Assembly (NCBI GenBank): GCA_032250835.1
Contig: JAVVEA010000005.1
Coordinates: 96,001 to 160,000 of the forward strand
Length of the DNA stretch: 64,000 nucleotides
DNA from: a bacterium
GTDB lineage: Bacteria; SAR324; XYD2-FULL-50-16
Direction of reading: 5' to 3'
A model generated the notes under the pieces. It saw only the letters and a list, made by a program, of their open reading frames with translations. It searched no databases and was not told the DNA's origin. Positions 1-9,568 of the stretch are shown in pieces; the stretch's first letter is position 1, and every line of letters starts with the position of its first letter. The position numbers and the translations under genes were made by a program.

Positions 1-566
1 TTTTTGCCCTGGCTAGAGCGCACGCTGTTGTCGATGCTGGCAAATTCATTGCCGTCGGCGTCAAAGACTTTGGTCAACTGACTCTTAAAGTCACCGAGTT
101 GATAAAAGCCTTCGATCCGTCCGTCCCAAAGACGCAGCTTCAGTTTGGCGAAATTGCCCCAGCTATGCGCTTGGGGTTGGATGTATAGTTCCGGGTCCGA
201 ATCGATGCCTCGATTGAAGCTCTTAAAGGGAATCTCCCCGTCAAAATGCCCGGTGGAAAGCCAGAGCTTGTCGGTAAAAAGCGGGAGTTGGTCGACCAGA
301 TAAACCAGCAGGTCAAAGTCCCCGCCCGGTGCCGACTGAACCACCATGGCATCGGTGGATTGATAGAAGTTACTGGCCAACCCGGTAAAGGTCATGGACT
401 GGCCGATCCCCTCAATGGCGATAGGCGTCGGCGCGGCCATCCAGCCGAAACTATCCTGGTACATCATGCCGCGCCGCTCGGGCACATAGTCCTGGGGCTC
501 CCAGGCCGAAGCAGTACCGACCAGACACAACCAGAACCCAGCCAACCCAACGATTCGTTTCCACAT
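1..566 (-). CDS. Secreted/outer-membrane hypothetical protein, 3' end runs off the window
   Basis: Not in ORF track. Manual translation from ATG at 566: MWKRIVGLAGFWLCLVGTASA-WEPQDYVPERRG..., open to the window edge; Sec signal peptide ending A-S-A; starts 23 bp after the gltX stop. Confidence 0.75.
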   Translation of the reverse strand, partial: MWKRIVGLAGFWLCLVGTASAWEPQDYVPERRGMMYQDSFGWMAAPTPIAIEGIGQSMTFTGLASNFYQSTDAMVVQSAPGGDFDLLVYLVDQLPLFTDKLWLSTGHFDGEIPFKSFNRGIDSDPELYIQPQAHSWGNFAKLKLRLWDGRIEGFYQLGDFKSQLTKVFDADGNEFASIDNSVRSSQGK

Positions 567-589
567 CTTTTTTTAGACCGGTTATATAT

Positions 590-2029
590 CTATTGAGCCT
601 CCAAAGCCCGCTGGACCATATGGACGCAGCGCTCTTTACCGAAAATATCGGCCACCAAGGGCAACTCGGGGCCATGCTCCACTAAGGTGATCGCTAAGCG
701 CATCGGCACCCAGAGGGCTTTTCCCTTTTGGCCCGAAGCCTTCTGCACCGCCTTCATCACTTGACCGAAGTTTTCGGCATTGAGCTGCTCTAGTGAAGCG
801 ACTTCTTCTAAGAAAGCCCGGTAGACGGCCTTGCTTTCTTCGGTTTTGATGGTCGCTAAAAGTGCGGGGTCTTTGACTTGGGCCTGATCGTTTAAAAACA
901 ATTCAAGTCGGTCGGCAATGTCAGACAAGAGCACCAAAGAGTCGCGGCTGACCTCGACCATCTTCGCCAATTGTTCGGCTGGCAGAGCTTTGGCGGCTTC
1001 AGGAAGGTAGGGAGCCAGCAGTTCCATCAGTTCCTCTAAGCTTTTCAGCTTTATATGCTGCTGGTTCATCCAACCTAACTTTTGTAGGTCAAAAACCGAG
1101 CCCGCCTTGCCCACTCGGGACATACTGAACTCTTTAACCAGCTCGTCCATGCTGAAGATTTCCCGCTCGTCCCCAGGGTTCCAGCCCAAGAGCGCCACAA
1201 AATTAACCAACCCTTCCTTCAGGTAGCCTTTATCGCGGAAGTCTTCGGTGGCTACGTCTCCCTGGCGCTTGCTCAGCTTGCTGCGGTCCGGGTTGAGCAA
1301 TAGCGGCAGATGATAAAACTTCGGCGGCTCCCAACCAAAATACTCATATAGTTGTAAATGTTTCGGCGTCGAGGGCAACCATTCTTCCCCACGGATCACG
1401 TCGGTGATCTGCATCAAGTGATCGTCCACCACGCTGGCCAAGTGGTAGGTCGGGAACCCGTCGGTTTTTAAGATCACCTGGTCATCAATCTGGGAAGGGG
1501 CAAAGCGCACCTGACCGCGGACTTGATCGTCTATATAATAGTCCCCTTTAGAGTGGATGATTTTCATCCGCACCACATAGGGCATGCCCGCGTCCAGCTT
1601 TTCGGTTACCTCGCCTGGCTGCAACCGGCGGCAGCGGCCATCGTAGCGGGTCGGCTGCTTGCGCTTTAGTTGTTGCTCGCGCATTTCGGTTAGTTCTTCT
1701 TCACTGCAAAAACATGGGTAGGCATGCCCTGCGTCCACCAACTGGTCTACATGCTGGCGGTAAAGCTCTAGGCGCTCGCTCTGCACATAGGGGCCCAGCT
1801 CGCCGCCTTGGGTGGGGCCTTCATCAAAGGTGATCCCCGCCCACTCTAAGGAGCGGATTAGGTTTTCTTCGGCTCCTTCGACCTTGCGGCTCTGGTCGGT
1901 GTCCTCAAATCGCAGGATCAGCTTACCCCCCAAAGAGCGCGCAAACAAAAAATTAAAGAGACAGGTGCGCAAACCGCCGACGTGCAAAAAACCAGTCGGG
2001 CTAGGAGCAAAGCGAACGCGTGGGGCCAT
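590..2029 (-). CDS. gltX: Glutamate--tRNA ligase
   Basis: RVRFAPSPTGFLHVGG (HIGH), KLSKR (KMSKS), YPCFCS; ATG at 2029 preceded by AGGAG. Confidence 0.97.
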   Translation of the reverse strand: MAPRVRFAPSPTGFLHVGGLRTCLFNFLFARSLGGKLILRFEDTDQSRKVEGAEENLIRSLEWAGITFDEGPTQGGELGPYVQSERLELYRQHVDQLVDAGHAYPCFCSEEELTEMREQQLKRKQPTRYDGRCRRLQPGEVTEKLDAGMPYVVRMKIIHSKGDYYIDDQVRGQVRFAPSQIDDQVILKTDGFPTYHLASVVDDHLMQITDVIRGEEWLPSTPKHLQLYEYFGWEPPKFYHLPLLLNPDRSKLSKRQGDVATEDFRDKGYLKEGLVNFVALLGWNPGDEREIFSMDELVKEFSMSRVGKAGSVFDLQKLGWMNQQHIKLKSLEELMELLAPYLPEAAKALPAEQLAKMVEVSRDSLVLLSDIADRLELFLNDQAQVKDPALLATIKTEESKAVYRAFLEEVASLEQLNAENFGQVMKAVQKASGQKGKALWVPMRLAITLVEHGPELPLVADIFGKERCVHMVQRALEAQ

Positions 2030-2107
2030 GAGTCTCCTGAACAATCAAGGGGTGTCAAAGTTGGACTGCTTTTTGAATAGCTAATAGAGAAATCGAGTCT
2101 ATTGGCA

Positions 2108-3184
2108 ATGGGCAAAAAAGAAAACCCCCTCCCCGGGTTTTTCCTTAAACCTTACGAATCCAGAGTGTGGGGACCTATGCATCAGTATATTGAATCGGTA
2201 AGAAGCGAAACCGAAGCGGCCTCTGGCCCGGAATCTTATCTGGCCGGGGCGCTCTTTATGCGCCTGCAGCAAGCCTTTGAGTATGAGGACGACGGCGAAA
2301 ACCGCTTGGAAAGCCGTGATGGCTATGAGTTGGTCCAGCATAAAGCGATCAACTGCCTCAAAGGCCGCCATGAATTCAAGATTGCCGACGAGGTGCTCTC
2401 TTGGCAAGCTTCGCTGCTGCGCCATGTGACCCATGAGCTATACGATTGGTGGATCCAGTATAAAAACGACAAATTCCAGGCTCCGAGCTTTTTTGCCGAC
2501 GGCCAGGGCTGTATGGCCATTGAAGCGGCCTGTGAAAAGATCGGCCTGAACCCGACCGAAGAATTCACCCAGGTCTTGGAAGTAGAGCACCTGTTGGTGA
2601 AGCTAACCACCGGGCCCAACAAGATGTTGCTGGAGCTCAAGCGTTTTTGGGAATTTAAGTGGTCTAACAAAGAAGCCAAGACCTCGCCTTTTACGGCAAA
2701 ACGGATCGAAGCCGAGCGCAGCCATGTGACGCTGGCGAAGATCGCCAAAGTTTTAGACGACATCGCCGACCGCTTCGCAGGCCACGCCCGACGCCAAGCC
2801 GGCGGACATCACCTCATGTGGATCAACGCGGCCACCGAGCTACGCGCCTTGACTGCATTGCTCAAGGGCTTCTTGGATTTTGAACACCATGAAAACCTAG
2901 AATCTTCTTTAAGCCAATGGATCGACGGGCTCTTCCCGAACCGCTTGGCCGACGGCACGCCCAATCCGCTCTTCCAAAGTGAATTGCACCACGAGGTGGT
3001 CCAGAAGATGACCCAAGCGACCCAAGTATTGGTCAATTTTCTGCTAAGAAAAGACGACTCCTTTACCCGGCGTGATGAGATCATGGTGCCCTTTGTGTTG
3101 GAGAAACTTGAGGCAATCAAGCGAACTTGCTTGACTTTTCTGCCCCAAGCCGAGGTAGGAGAACAGGCGGGGACCCGCATCTAA
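2108..3184 (+). CDS. Hypothetical protein, likely alpha-helical
   Basis: About 358-aa ORF divergent from gltX and followed by a perfect hairpin; no motif recognised. Confidence 0.75.
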   Translation: MGKKENPLPGFFLKPYESRVWGPMHQYIESVRSETEAASGPESYLAGALFMRLQQAFEYEDDGENRLESRDGYELVQHKAINCLKGRHEFKIADEVLSWQASLLRHVTHELYDWWIQYKNDKFQAPSFFADGQGCMAIEAACEKIGLNPTEEFTQVLEVEHLLVKLTTGPNKMLLELKRFWEFKWSNKEAKTSPFTAKRIEAERSHVTLAKIAKVLDDIADRFAGHARRQAGGHHLMWINAATELRALTALLKGFLDFEHHENLESSLSQWIDGLFPNRLADGTPNPLFQSELHHEVVQKMTQATQVLVNFLLRKDDSFTRRDEIMVPFVLEKLEAIKRTCLTFLPQAEVGEQAGTRI

Positions 3185-3192
3185 TCAGCTGA

Positions 3193-3218
3193 ACTGGAAG
3201 GAGTTTTCTCCTTCCAGT
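3193..3218. terminator. Perfect 11-bp stem-loop, probable terminator or pause site
   Basis: ACTGGAAGGAG-TTTT-CTCCTTCCAGT just after the stop at 3184; no clear U-tract. Confidence 0.55.
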
Positions 3219-3267
3219 CGCAACCTGCCCGGATCACTGCGCTTTTAAAAATCACCCAGATTTTCCT

Positions 3268-3296
3268 TTGACCTGCCCCGGCAATCTGCCTATTCT
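3268..3296 (+). promoter_or_regulatory. Sigma70-type promoter for the Rep-like/fmt/hflX operon
   Basis: TTGACC-N17-TATTCT, followed by a leader hairpin GGGGTCA-N8-TGACCCC (3298-3319). Confidence 0.55.
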
Positions 3297-3325
3297 GGGG
3301 GTCAACTTCCACTGACCCCTGATTT

Positions 3326-4834
3326 ATGCTGCACTTTCAAGGAATCCGAACCAACCGCCAAGGTGTACCCGAACGCTATAGCGTCCGCTATGACCTAATG
3401 GCTTCGCTCGAAGCGCTCCTGGTGATCATCGAGCACCACCAAGGAGACGCTGAGGCGGTGATGGCTTCCATTGACGCCAGCCTGAACGACCACTTCCGCC
3501 ACAGCGCTCCTTTAGGCAACGCCAGAGGTGAGCACCGCCGCGCGACCGCCCAGTGGTTCCGCGCCCGCGACATGGCTCAATTCCTTTTTAAGGAACCAGC
3601 GCTGCGCCGCCTGAAGCTAAACTCCCTACGTTTATTATTGGAGCCGCGCCCCCTAGAAGATAAGTGGCAGCTGATCAAGGAAAGCTTGGTCCAAGGGATT
3701 CAGGAGCTTGAGCCCCAATTTGCTCATGCGCTCCTGCTTGAGCCCGACTCAGACCTACACCGCCTGCTCGAAACCTTGGGCCTGTTCTTTTTGGATCAAG
3801 ACCCCGAATTGCCCCCCATGAACCTTGAGATGGAGTTCCTGCGCGGCGACTTCCCCAAACGCATTTGGCGGCGCAAAGGCAACCTCAGCCCAAGCCCCAG
3901 CCCCTTCTGGCAGCCCCAGAACCGGCTTTGCGATGCGCTGGTTTTAGAGCAGCTGGTCTTAGAGCAACTCTTTGAAGAGCGGGTCCATCAGGCCTTAAGC
4001 CATGCCTATGAGCCCGAAGGGACCATCACCCAGAACACCGGACCCATCTCGCTGCGCTTTGAAGAGGAGGGACAAACCTTAGAACTGATCCCCCAAAGCC
4101 CGGCGGAAACCTTGTTGTTATTGCAGCGCGAGGTCCAACGCCAGCACAGCTTTGAAGGCAGCAAGCACCTCTTGGCCCTGATGCGGCAACTGGCCGAAGC
4201 CCAAAGCCCACAGTTCCGCTTCGACAAAAAATCCCACTTCGAACTCTTAGGCCGCCTCAAACAGGGCCAAGAAATCAGCTTGCGCCAACAGCAGCTTTTA
4301 GACGACGTCTTAGCCGCCATGAGCCGCGTCAAAGTACGCCGCCAGCAGACCCTCGAGACGATCGAAACCCCGCTATTGATGCGCTGGGCCGAGATCGAAT
4401 CCCCCCAGGGTCCCGGTGCCATAGAGCTACTCTTAGACCCGATCTTATACCACGGTCTTGGGCTGGGCCAACAGCTGCGGCTGATCCCGCGCGAGGTTTT
4501 CTTAGAAAGCACCCAGAGCCACGGCTTAATCCCCGGCCTGATGGCCTATTTGACCGGTTGGTGGTTGGTACAGTATCCTGAACGCAAAGGGGTCTTTAAC
4601 TGCCGTGCAGACAAGCTAATCGAAGCCTTTACGCTAAAAAAGTCGGCGACCCAAAAGGCCAAATTCCAAGCAAAGATCAAATCGGAACTGAAATATATGG
4701 CCGAGAAAAAATATATTGGTGCCTTTGAAGTGAGCCCCCACGCCAATCCCTTTGAAGAGGAATACCAGATCACCGCGCCGCTCGCGCTGCTGGAAACCCT
4801 GCGCCCGGTTGGGCCTGCCGCACTCAACGCCTAG
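3326..4834 (+). CDS. Hypothetical protein; C-terminal half resembles the tandem winged helix of plasmid replication initiators (TrfA/Rep-like)
   Basis: 502-aa ORF whose stop overlaps the fmt GTG; WH1/WH2-like residue pattern (see findings). ORF is solid, family call is tentative. Confidence 0.6.
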   Translation: MLHFQGIRTNRQGVPERYSVRYDLMASLEALLVIIEHHQGDAEAVMASIDASLNDHFRHSAPLGNARGEHRRATAQWFRARDMAQFLFKEPALRRLKLNSLRLLLEPRPLEDKWQLIKESLVQGIQELEPQFAHALLLEPDSDLHRLLETLGLFFLDQDPELPPMNLEMEFLRGDFPKRIWRRKGNLSPSPSPFWQPQNRLCDALVLEQLVLEQLFEERVHQALSHAYEPEGTITQNTGPISLRFEEEGQTLELIPQSPAETLLLLQREVQRQHSFEGSKHLLALMRQLAEAQSPQFRFDKKSHFELLGRLKQGQEISLRQQQLLDDVLAAMSRVKVRRQQTLETIETPLLMRWAEIESPQGPGAIELLLDPILYHGLGLGQQLRLIPREVFLESTQSHGLIPGLMAYLTGWWLVQYPERKGVFNCRADKLIEAFTLKKSATQKAKFQAKIKSELKYMAEKKYIGAFEVSPHANPFEEEYQITAPLALLETLRPVGPAALNA

Positions 4835-5763
4835 TGGCCAAAATTCTCTTCATGGGCACGCCGGACTTTGCCCTGCCTTGCCTGGACGCCCTGATCCATT
4901 CCCACCACCAAGTGAGCTTAGTGCTCTGCCAGCCGGACCGCAAGAAGGGCCGGGGGCATAAAATGCTCGCCCCGCCGGTCAAGGAACGCGCGCTGGCCGC
5001 TGGGATCGAGGTCTTCCAACCCGAAAAAATCCGCCACCAACCTGAGGTCTTAGCGCGCCTGCAAGCTGAAGAGGCCGACTTTTTTGTGGTCGTTGCCTAT
5101 GGGAAGATTTTGCCCCAAGAGGTCTTAGACCTGCCCAAAAAGGGTTGCATCAACGTACATGCCTCCTTATTGCCCAAATTGCGCGGCGCAGCACCGATCC
5201 AATTTAGCCTTTTAGAGGGCCACCAGCAGACCGGTGTCTGTACCATGTTGATGGACGCAGGCATGGATACCGGGGCTTTGCTGCAATGCGCCGAAACGCC
5301 TATCGGCCCCAACGAGACCGCCGAAACACTGACCCCGCGTTTGGCGGGGATGGGGGCCAAATTATTACTCGAAACCTTAGACCGCTTCGACCAACTCACG
5401 CCCCGGCCTCAAGCCGAAAGCGAAGCAACCTACGCCCGTTTGATCACCAAAGAAGACCGCCAGCTTGACTGGAGCCAACCGGCCCGCGATCTCTTCAACC
5501 GATTCCGCGCCCTTAGCCCGGTTCCGGGCGTGGTCACGCAGTTTAAAGGCAAAGGTTTGGCCCTGTTGGACTGCCGTCTGGCCAAAGGCCACGGTGCCCC
5601 TGGCGAGGTGATCGAGATCGGCCCCGAAAGCTTTAAGGTCGCTTGCGGCAGCGGAGCCTTAGAAATCGTCGAACTACGGCCAGAGTCCAAAAAGTCTCTT
5701 TCGGCACAAGATTTTACCCATGGTTACCAATTACAGATCGGCCAGATCCTGGGAGGGCAATGA
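4834..5763 (+). CDS. fmt: Methionyl-tRNA formyltransferase
   Basis: KILFMGTPDFA, QPDR..GRG, VVVAYGKILP, INVHASLLPKLRGAAPI, MDAGMDTG. Confidence 0.97.
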   Translation: MAKILFMGTPDFALPCLDALIHSHHQVSLVLCQPDRKKGRGHKMLAPPVKERALAAGIEVFQPEKIRHQPEVLARLQAEEADFFVVVAYGKILPQEVLDLPKKGCINVHASLLPKLRGAAPIQFSLLEGHQQTGVCTMLMDAGMDTGALLQCAETPIGPNETAETLTPRLAGMGAKLLLETLDRFDQLTPRPQAESEATYARLITKEDRQLDWSQPARDLFNRFRALSPVPGVVTQFKGKGLALLDCRLAKGHGAPGEVIEIGPESFKVACGSGALEIVELRPESKKSLSAQDFTHGYQLQIGQILGGQ

Positions 5764-7034
5764 TCGATGAAGCGGTGGGACCACAACGCGCGTTGTTGGT
5801 GTCGGTGCATATCAAGGGCGAAGACCTCTCTTTAGCCGAGGAATCGCTCAAAGAACTAGAAAACCTAGCGCTCACCTTGGATTTTGAGGTCGTCGGGCAG
5901 GTGATCCAATCACGCAGTTCGCCGGACTCAAGGACCTTTTTAGGCCAAGGTAAGCTTGAAGAGATCCAGCAACTGGCCGAGTCCGCTGAGGCCAACCTGC
6001 TGATTGTGGACCATGAGTTGAGCCCGAACCAGGGTAAGAACCTGGAGCGAGAAATGGGTTTTATGGTGATCGACCGGACCCAGCTGATTTTAGAAATCTT
6101 CTTTGATCACGCCAAAACCCCCGAAGCCAAAGCCCAGGTGGAGTTGGCCCAACTCAAATACATGTTGCCTCGTTTGGTGGGCATGTGGGCCCACTTGGAC
6201 CGTGAAAAAGGCGGCATCGGGGCCAGCCGGGGGACCGGGGAAAAACAGATCAACATCGACCGGACCATCATCCGCAACCGCATTGCCAAGCTAGAAAAAA
6301 TCCTCCGCCAAGCCCAAAAAGACCGCGGGGTTCAGTCCAAAAGCCGGCGTGACTGTTACCAAGTAGCCATAGTGGGCTACACCAACGCCGGCAAGACTAC
6401 CTTAATGCACGAGCTTTCGGGCTTAAACCAGACCGGTGAAAACAAACTCTTTGCGACCCTAGAGTCCCGCACCCGGCAGTTAGAGGGCTTTTCAAACCCC
6501 GATCTGCTGCTTTCGGACACCGTTGGTTTTATCCAAAACTTGCCCCATGGCTTGGTTGCCAGCTTCCGCTCGACCCTTTCGGTGGTCCGCGAAGCCGACC
6601 TGTTGATGCACGTCGCCGACGCCAACAGCCCCATTTTAAGCCAACACCTTGAGACCACCTTTAACGTCTTAGGCGAGATTGGTGCCGGCGAGGTGCCCCA
6701 GATCTTGGTCTTTAACAAAGCCGACTTGGTCACCGATCCCGAGCGACTGGTTTGGCTCAAGAGCCGCTACCCCGGCAGCATCGCCGTCTCTAGTTTTGAC
6801 CGCGAGGGTTTGGCCCAACTCCTAAAGCTTATCCAGGGGCATTTTGCTAAGAATTTCATTTCCCAAGAGCTGCTCATCCCCTATAATCGCTCCGAATGGG
6901 TGAACCGGGTGCACCAGCTGGCCCAGGTGAAATCTCAGGCCTATGAGGAAGAAGGGGTGCGCATAACCTACCGCACTACGGCGGCGAACCAGAAGATGCT
7001 CGAATCGTTGATGCGAAATCAGGAGAACAAATGA
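5760..7034 (+). CDS. hflX: GTPase HflX
   Basis: DRTQLILEIF, AQVELAQLKY, GYTNAGKTT, LFATL, DTVGF, NKAD; ATGA overlap with fmt. Confidence 0.95.
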   Translation: MIDEAVGPQRALLVSVHIKGEDLSLAEESLKELENLALTLDFEVVGQVIQSRSSPDSRTFLGQGKLEEIQQLAESAEANLLIVDHELSPNQGKNLEREMGFMVIDRTQLILEIFFDHAKTPEAKAQVELAQLKYMLPRLVGMWAHLDREKGGIGASRGTGEKQINIDRTIIRNRIAKLEKILRQAQKDRGVQSKSRRDCYQVAIVGYTNAGKTTLMHELSGLNQTGENKLFATLESRTRQLEGFSNPDLLLSDTVGFIQNLPHGLVASFRSTLSVVREADLLMHVADANSPILSQHLETTFNVLGEIGAGEVPQILVFNKADLVTDPERLVWLKSRYPGSIAVSSFDREGLAQLLKLIQGHFAKNFISQELLIPYNRSEWVNRVHQLAQVKSQAYEEEGVRITYRTTAANQKMLESLMRNQENK

Positions 7035-7591
7035 AATATTGGTTGATTGCTTGTCTGCTTTTATTGCCCAGCTTCGCTGGCGCGGCCCCCCAAGAGGGCT
7101 CTATCTTGCCCCCATTGGTCTTAGAGGGTGACAATGGCGGCTTGGTCCAAGGCGGAGCCTTCCGCTCAGAAGACTTTAAAGGCAAAATTGTGGTCCTTTT
7201 TTACGTAGATCCAGACGAAAAAGACCTCAACCAGCCAGCCGTAGAAGCCCTAGCTGCACTGCCCAAGGTAGACGCGGTGCAGAGCGTTGCGGTCATCAAC
7301 TTGGCGGCCACCTGGCTGCCCAATTCGGTGATTGCCAGCAAGCTGGAAACGAGCCAAAAAGAACACCCTTTGACCATCTATGCCAAGGACTTGGAAAAAG
7401 TTTTGGTGAAGCAGTGGAACGCCGGGGACGACACTTACATGATCGCGTTGATCGGTGCCGACGGCAAAGTGCTCTTTGCCAAAGATGGCAAGCTGAACGA
7501 CGGCGACATCAACCGGTTGGTCAATACCCTCAAGCAGGCAGCTCAAGCTTTGACGGGGAAATCCATGGAAGACCTTCCGCCGAAAGGCTGA
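7031..7591 (+). CDS. YtfJ-family periplasmic thioredoxin-like protein
   Basis: Signal peptide; GKIVVLFYVDPDEKDLN, AVINLAATWLPN, VLFAKDGKL. Confidence 0.75.
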   Translation: MKYWLIACLLLLPSFAGAAPQEGSILPPLVLEGDNGGLVQGGAFRSEDFKGKIVVLFYVDPDEKDLNQPAVEALAALPKVDAVQSVAVINLAATWLPNSVIASKLETSQKEHPLTIYAKDLEKVLVKQWNAGDDTYMIALIGADGKVLFAKDGKLNDGDINRLVNTLKQAAQALTGKSMEDLPPKG

Positions 7592-8369
7592 TCAAATACC
7601 CCCCCTCCTTTACTGAGCCTCCGGCATTGACGGACCAAAAGTCCGTCTCTGCAAAGGGCTGAAAGGCCCAACTGTGGTGGATATGGCCATGCAAATAGCC
7701 CCGCACCCCCGGCTGCTTCAGCAATTGAAGCACTTCTTTTCTGCCCGCTAAGCTGTGGCTAAAAGCTTCGGACTGCCCGCCGGGGTAGACCAAGGGATAA
7801 TGCCCGTACAAAAGCTTTTGGTGGTTCGGGTAGGCGGCCAGTAGGTCACGGTAGGCCTGTAGATTCCAAGCCAGTTTTCCCTTCGAATGCAGTCCCGTGG
7901 GCCGCGACATGGGCAGCTCTAAAAACATCCACCCCTGCGGGTCGATCAAGAAGTGGGGGCCCTGGTGTTCGGTGTCGATGAAAGGGAAGCAATCGCCAAA
8001 GTGCAACTCTAATAGCTTTTCTTGCGTTGCGCTGCGGGTGTAGCGGTCATGATTGCCCGCGGTCAGCAGGACTCTACCGGGCACTTTCGAAAGCAGGGGT
8101 TCGAGCGCCGCGCGGGCTTCTAAAAATTCAGCCGAGGTGGAGAGATGGGTTAGATCACCCGAGAGGATCAGGTAATCAAAATCCAGATCCATACAATATT
8201 CAATCAGCGCCAACTTGCGCTCCTCAGCAAAGCGCCGTTTGCGGTTGAATTTACGGTTGGCAAAGCCCAGCAAGCGTTTATTAAAGAGCCCGCCTTCGCG
8301 CTGAAGTAAACCCAAGCTCAGCTGGCCATCGCCAAAATGTAAATCCGAAAGGTGTAAGACCTGGAGCAT
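7530..8369 (-). CDS. Calcineurin-like metallophosphoesterase (Icc/CpdA-like)
   Basis: HLSDLH, SGDLT, AGNHD, GHYP, LHGHIH motifs. Confidence 0.9.
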   Translation of the reverse strand: MLQVLHLSDLHFGDGQLSLGLLQREGGLFNKRLLGFANRKFNRKRRFAEERKLALIEYCMDLDFDYLILSGDLTHLSTSAEFLEARAALEPLLSKVPGRVLLTAGNHDRYTRSATQEKLLELHFGDCFPFIDTEHQGPHFLIDPQGWMFLELPMSRPTGLHSKGKLAWNLQAYRDLLAAYPNHQKLLYGHYPLVYPGGQSEAFSHSLAGRKEVLQLLKQPGVRGYLHGHIHHSWAFQPFAETDFWSVNAGGSVKEGGYLISLSAEGLPWISPSKLELPA

Positions 8370-8371
8370 CG

Positions 8372-9568
8372 TTAGCGCCCTCGGTCTGCGCTGATCTTAT
8401 ACCGCCGATTTGCGATGCGAGCCCCACTTAAGCCCAAACTGGATTTGCGCCGCGCCAAGTCCAAGGCCTTTTGCGCTTCCGCCTGACTTAGGTAAAAGCC
8501 CGCCTCTAGTTGATAAAGATACCCATTGGCATCTTTTTTCTGGGAAAGATAAAGCACGTCAAAATACCCGCCCACCTGGGCCATCTCGCTCAAGCCTTCA
8601 CCTAGACTGCGGTAGCTGGCCAGATCCAGGCAATAGGGGCGGCTGCGCTGCACCCCAAAATCCATCACCTCTAAATCCACCTCATCGAACTCGGGCAACA
8701 CCGGCCAGAGTTGGTGCTGGATCAAAGGTTCTTCAGGGAAGGCCCCTTGGATTTCGTTGGCCAATTGGACCGTTTCATATTCAGACTCGTAAAAGCCCAC
8801 CCGCAGCTTGTATAAAAACTGGTCGCCCTCTTTGGTCGGCCGGGGTTCGTCGCTGCGGCTCCAATAGACATAATATCCCTGATTAACCAAGGCCTCAGCT
8901 AAGGGCCAAGCCTTGGCGATTTCCTTGGCTGGCAGGCTAACTAGCTGGAGCGCGTAGCGGAACTTACGGGAGCGGTCAAAGCTGATCTGGCCGTTTTCGC
9001 CGCGCCCCTCTTCCTGGCTAACGATCAGCCGGGTTTCATTTTCAATGCGGTAGCTAAAATGTCCGGGCTCCACCGAGGCCAAGGGCAAGAAGGTCTTGCG
9101 TTGGCGCATCACCGCCACCACCCGAGGCTTGGACAGTTCGGTATAGACATAGGGCCGCTGCTGCAACTGCCAATGCCCTGAAGAAACCTCAAAAAGCCGA
9201 GCGGCGATCAGCTCGGCCTCGGGGCGCTCGGGCAGCACTTGATCCTCTCCGGGCAGCGGTTCGGCAGCGACCACCCGCTTGGGCTTGATCTTAGACCTCA
9301 AGATTCGCACGCCCGAATCAGTGGTGATGTCGTCGATGGCATCGCTACTCGCCTCATCGCCCGCCAAAGCGACCGCCGCATCGGCGCTGGCCTCGACCGG
9401 GGACTGAGCTTCAACCAAGCTGGCATTGGGGTCTTCTTTGCCGACGATCAATAGGTTCGCTAACAGCAACAAGCCCAAGGTCGAGGCGATTGCCAGCGGA
9501 ATCCCCCAGACCAGCCGAGCGTCGCCGCTTTCAAAGGCCCTCAGTTTTTCTGCCAAGATTTTGAACAT
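8372..9568 (-). CDS. Membrane-anchored protein with two SPOR-like domains
   Basis: N-terminal TM helix, linker, then YALQLVS...YKLRVGFYESE and YCLDLASY...YQLEAGFYLSQAEA repeats. Confidence 0.65.
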   Translation of the reverse strand: MFKILAEKLRAFESGDARLVWGIPLAIASTLGLLLLANLLIVGKEDPNASLVEAQSPVEASADAAVALAGDEASSDAIDDITTDSGVRILRSKIKPKRVVAAEPLPGEDQVLPERPEAELIAARLFEVSSGHWQLQQRPYVYTELSKPRVVAVMRQRKTFLPLASVEPGHFSYRIENETRLIVSQEEGRGENGQISFDRSRKFRYALQLVSLPAKEIAKAWPLAEALVNQGYYVYWSRSDEPRPTKEGDQFLYKLRVGFYESEYETVQLANEIQGAFPEEPLIQHQLWPVLPEFDEVDLEVMDFGVQRSRPYCLDLASYRSLGEGLSEMAQVGGYFDVLYLSQKKDANGYLYQLEAGFYLSQAEAQKALDLARRKSSLGLSGARIANRRYKISADRGR

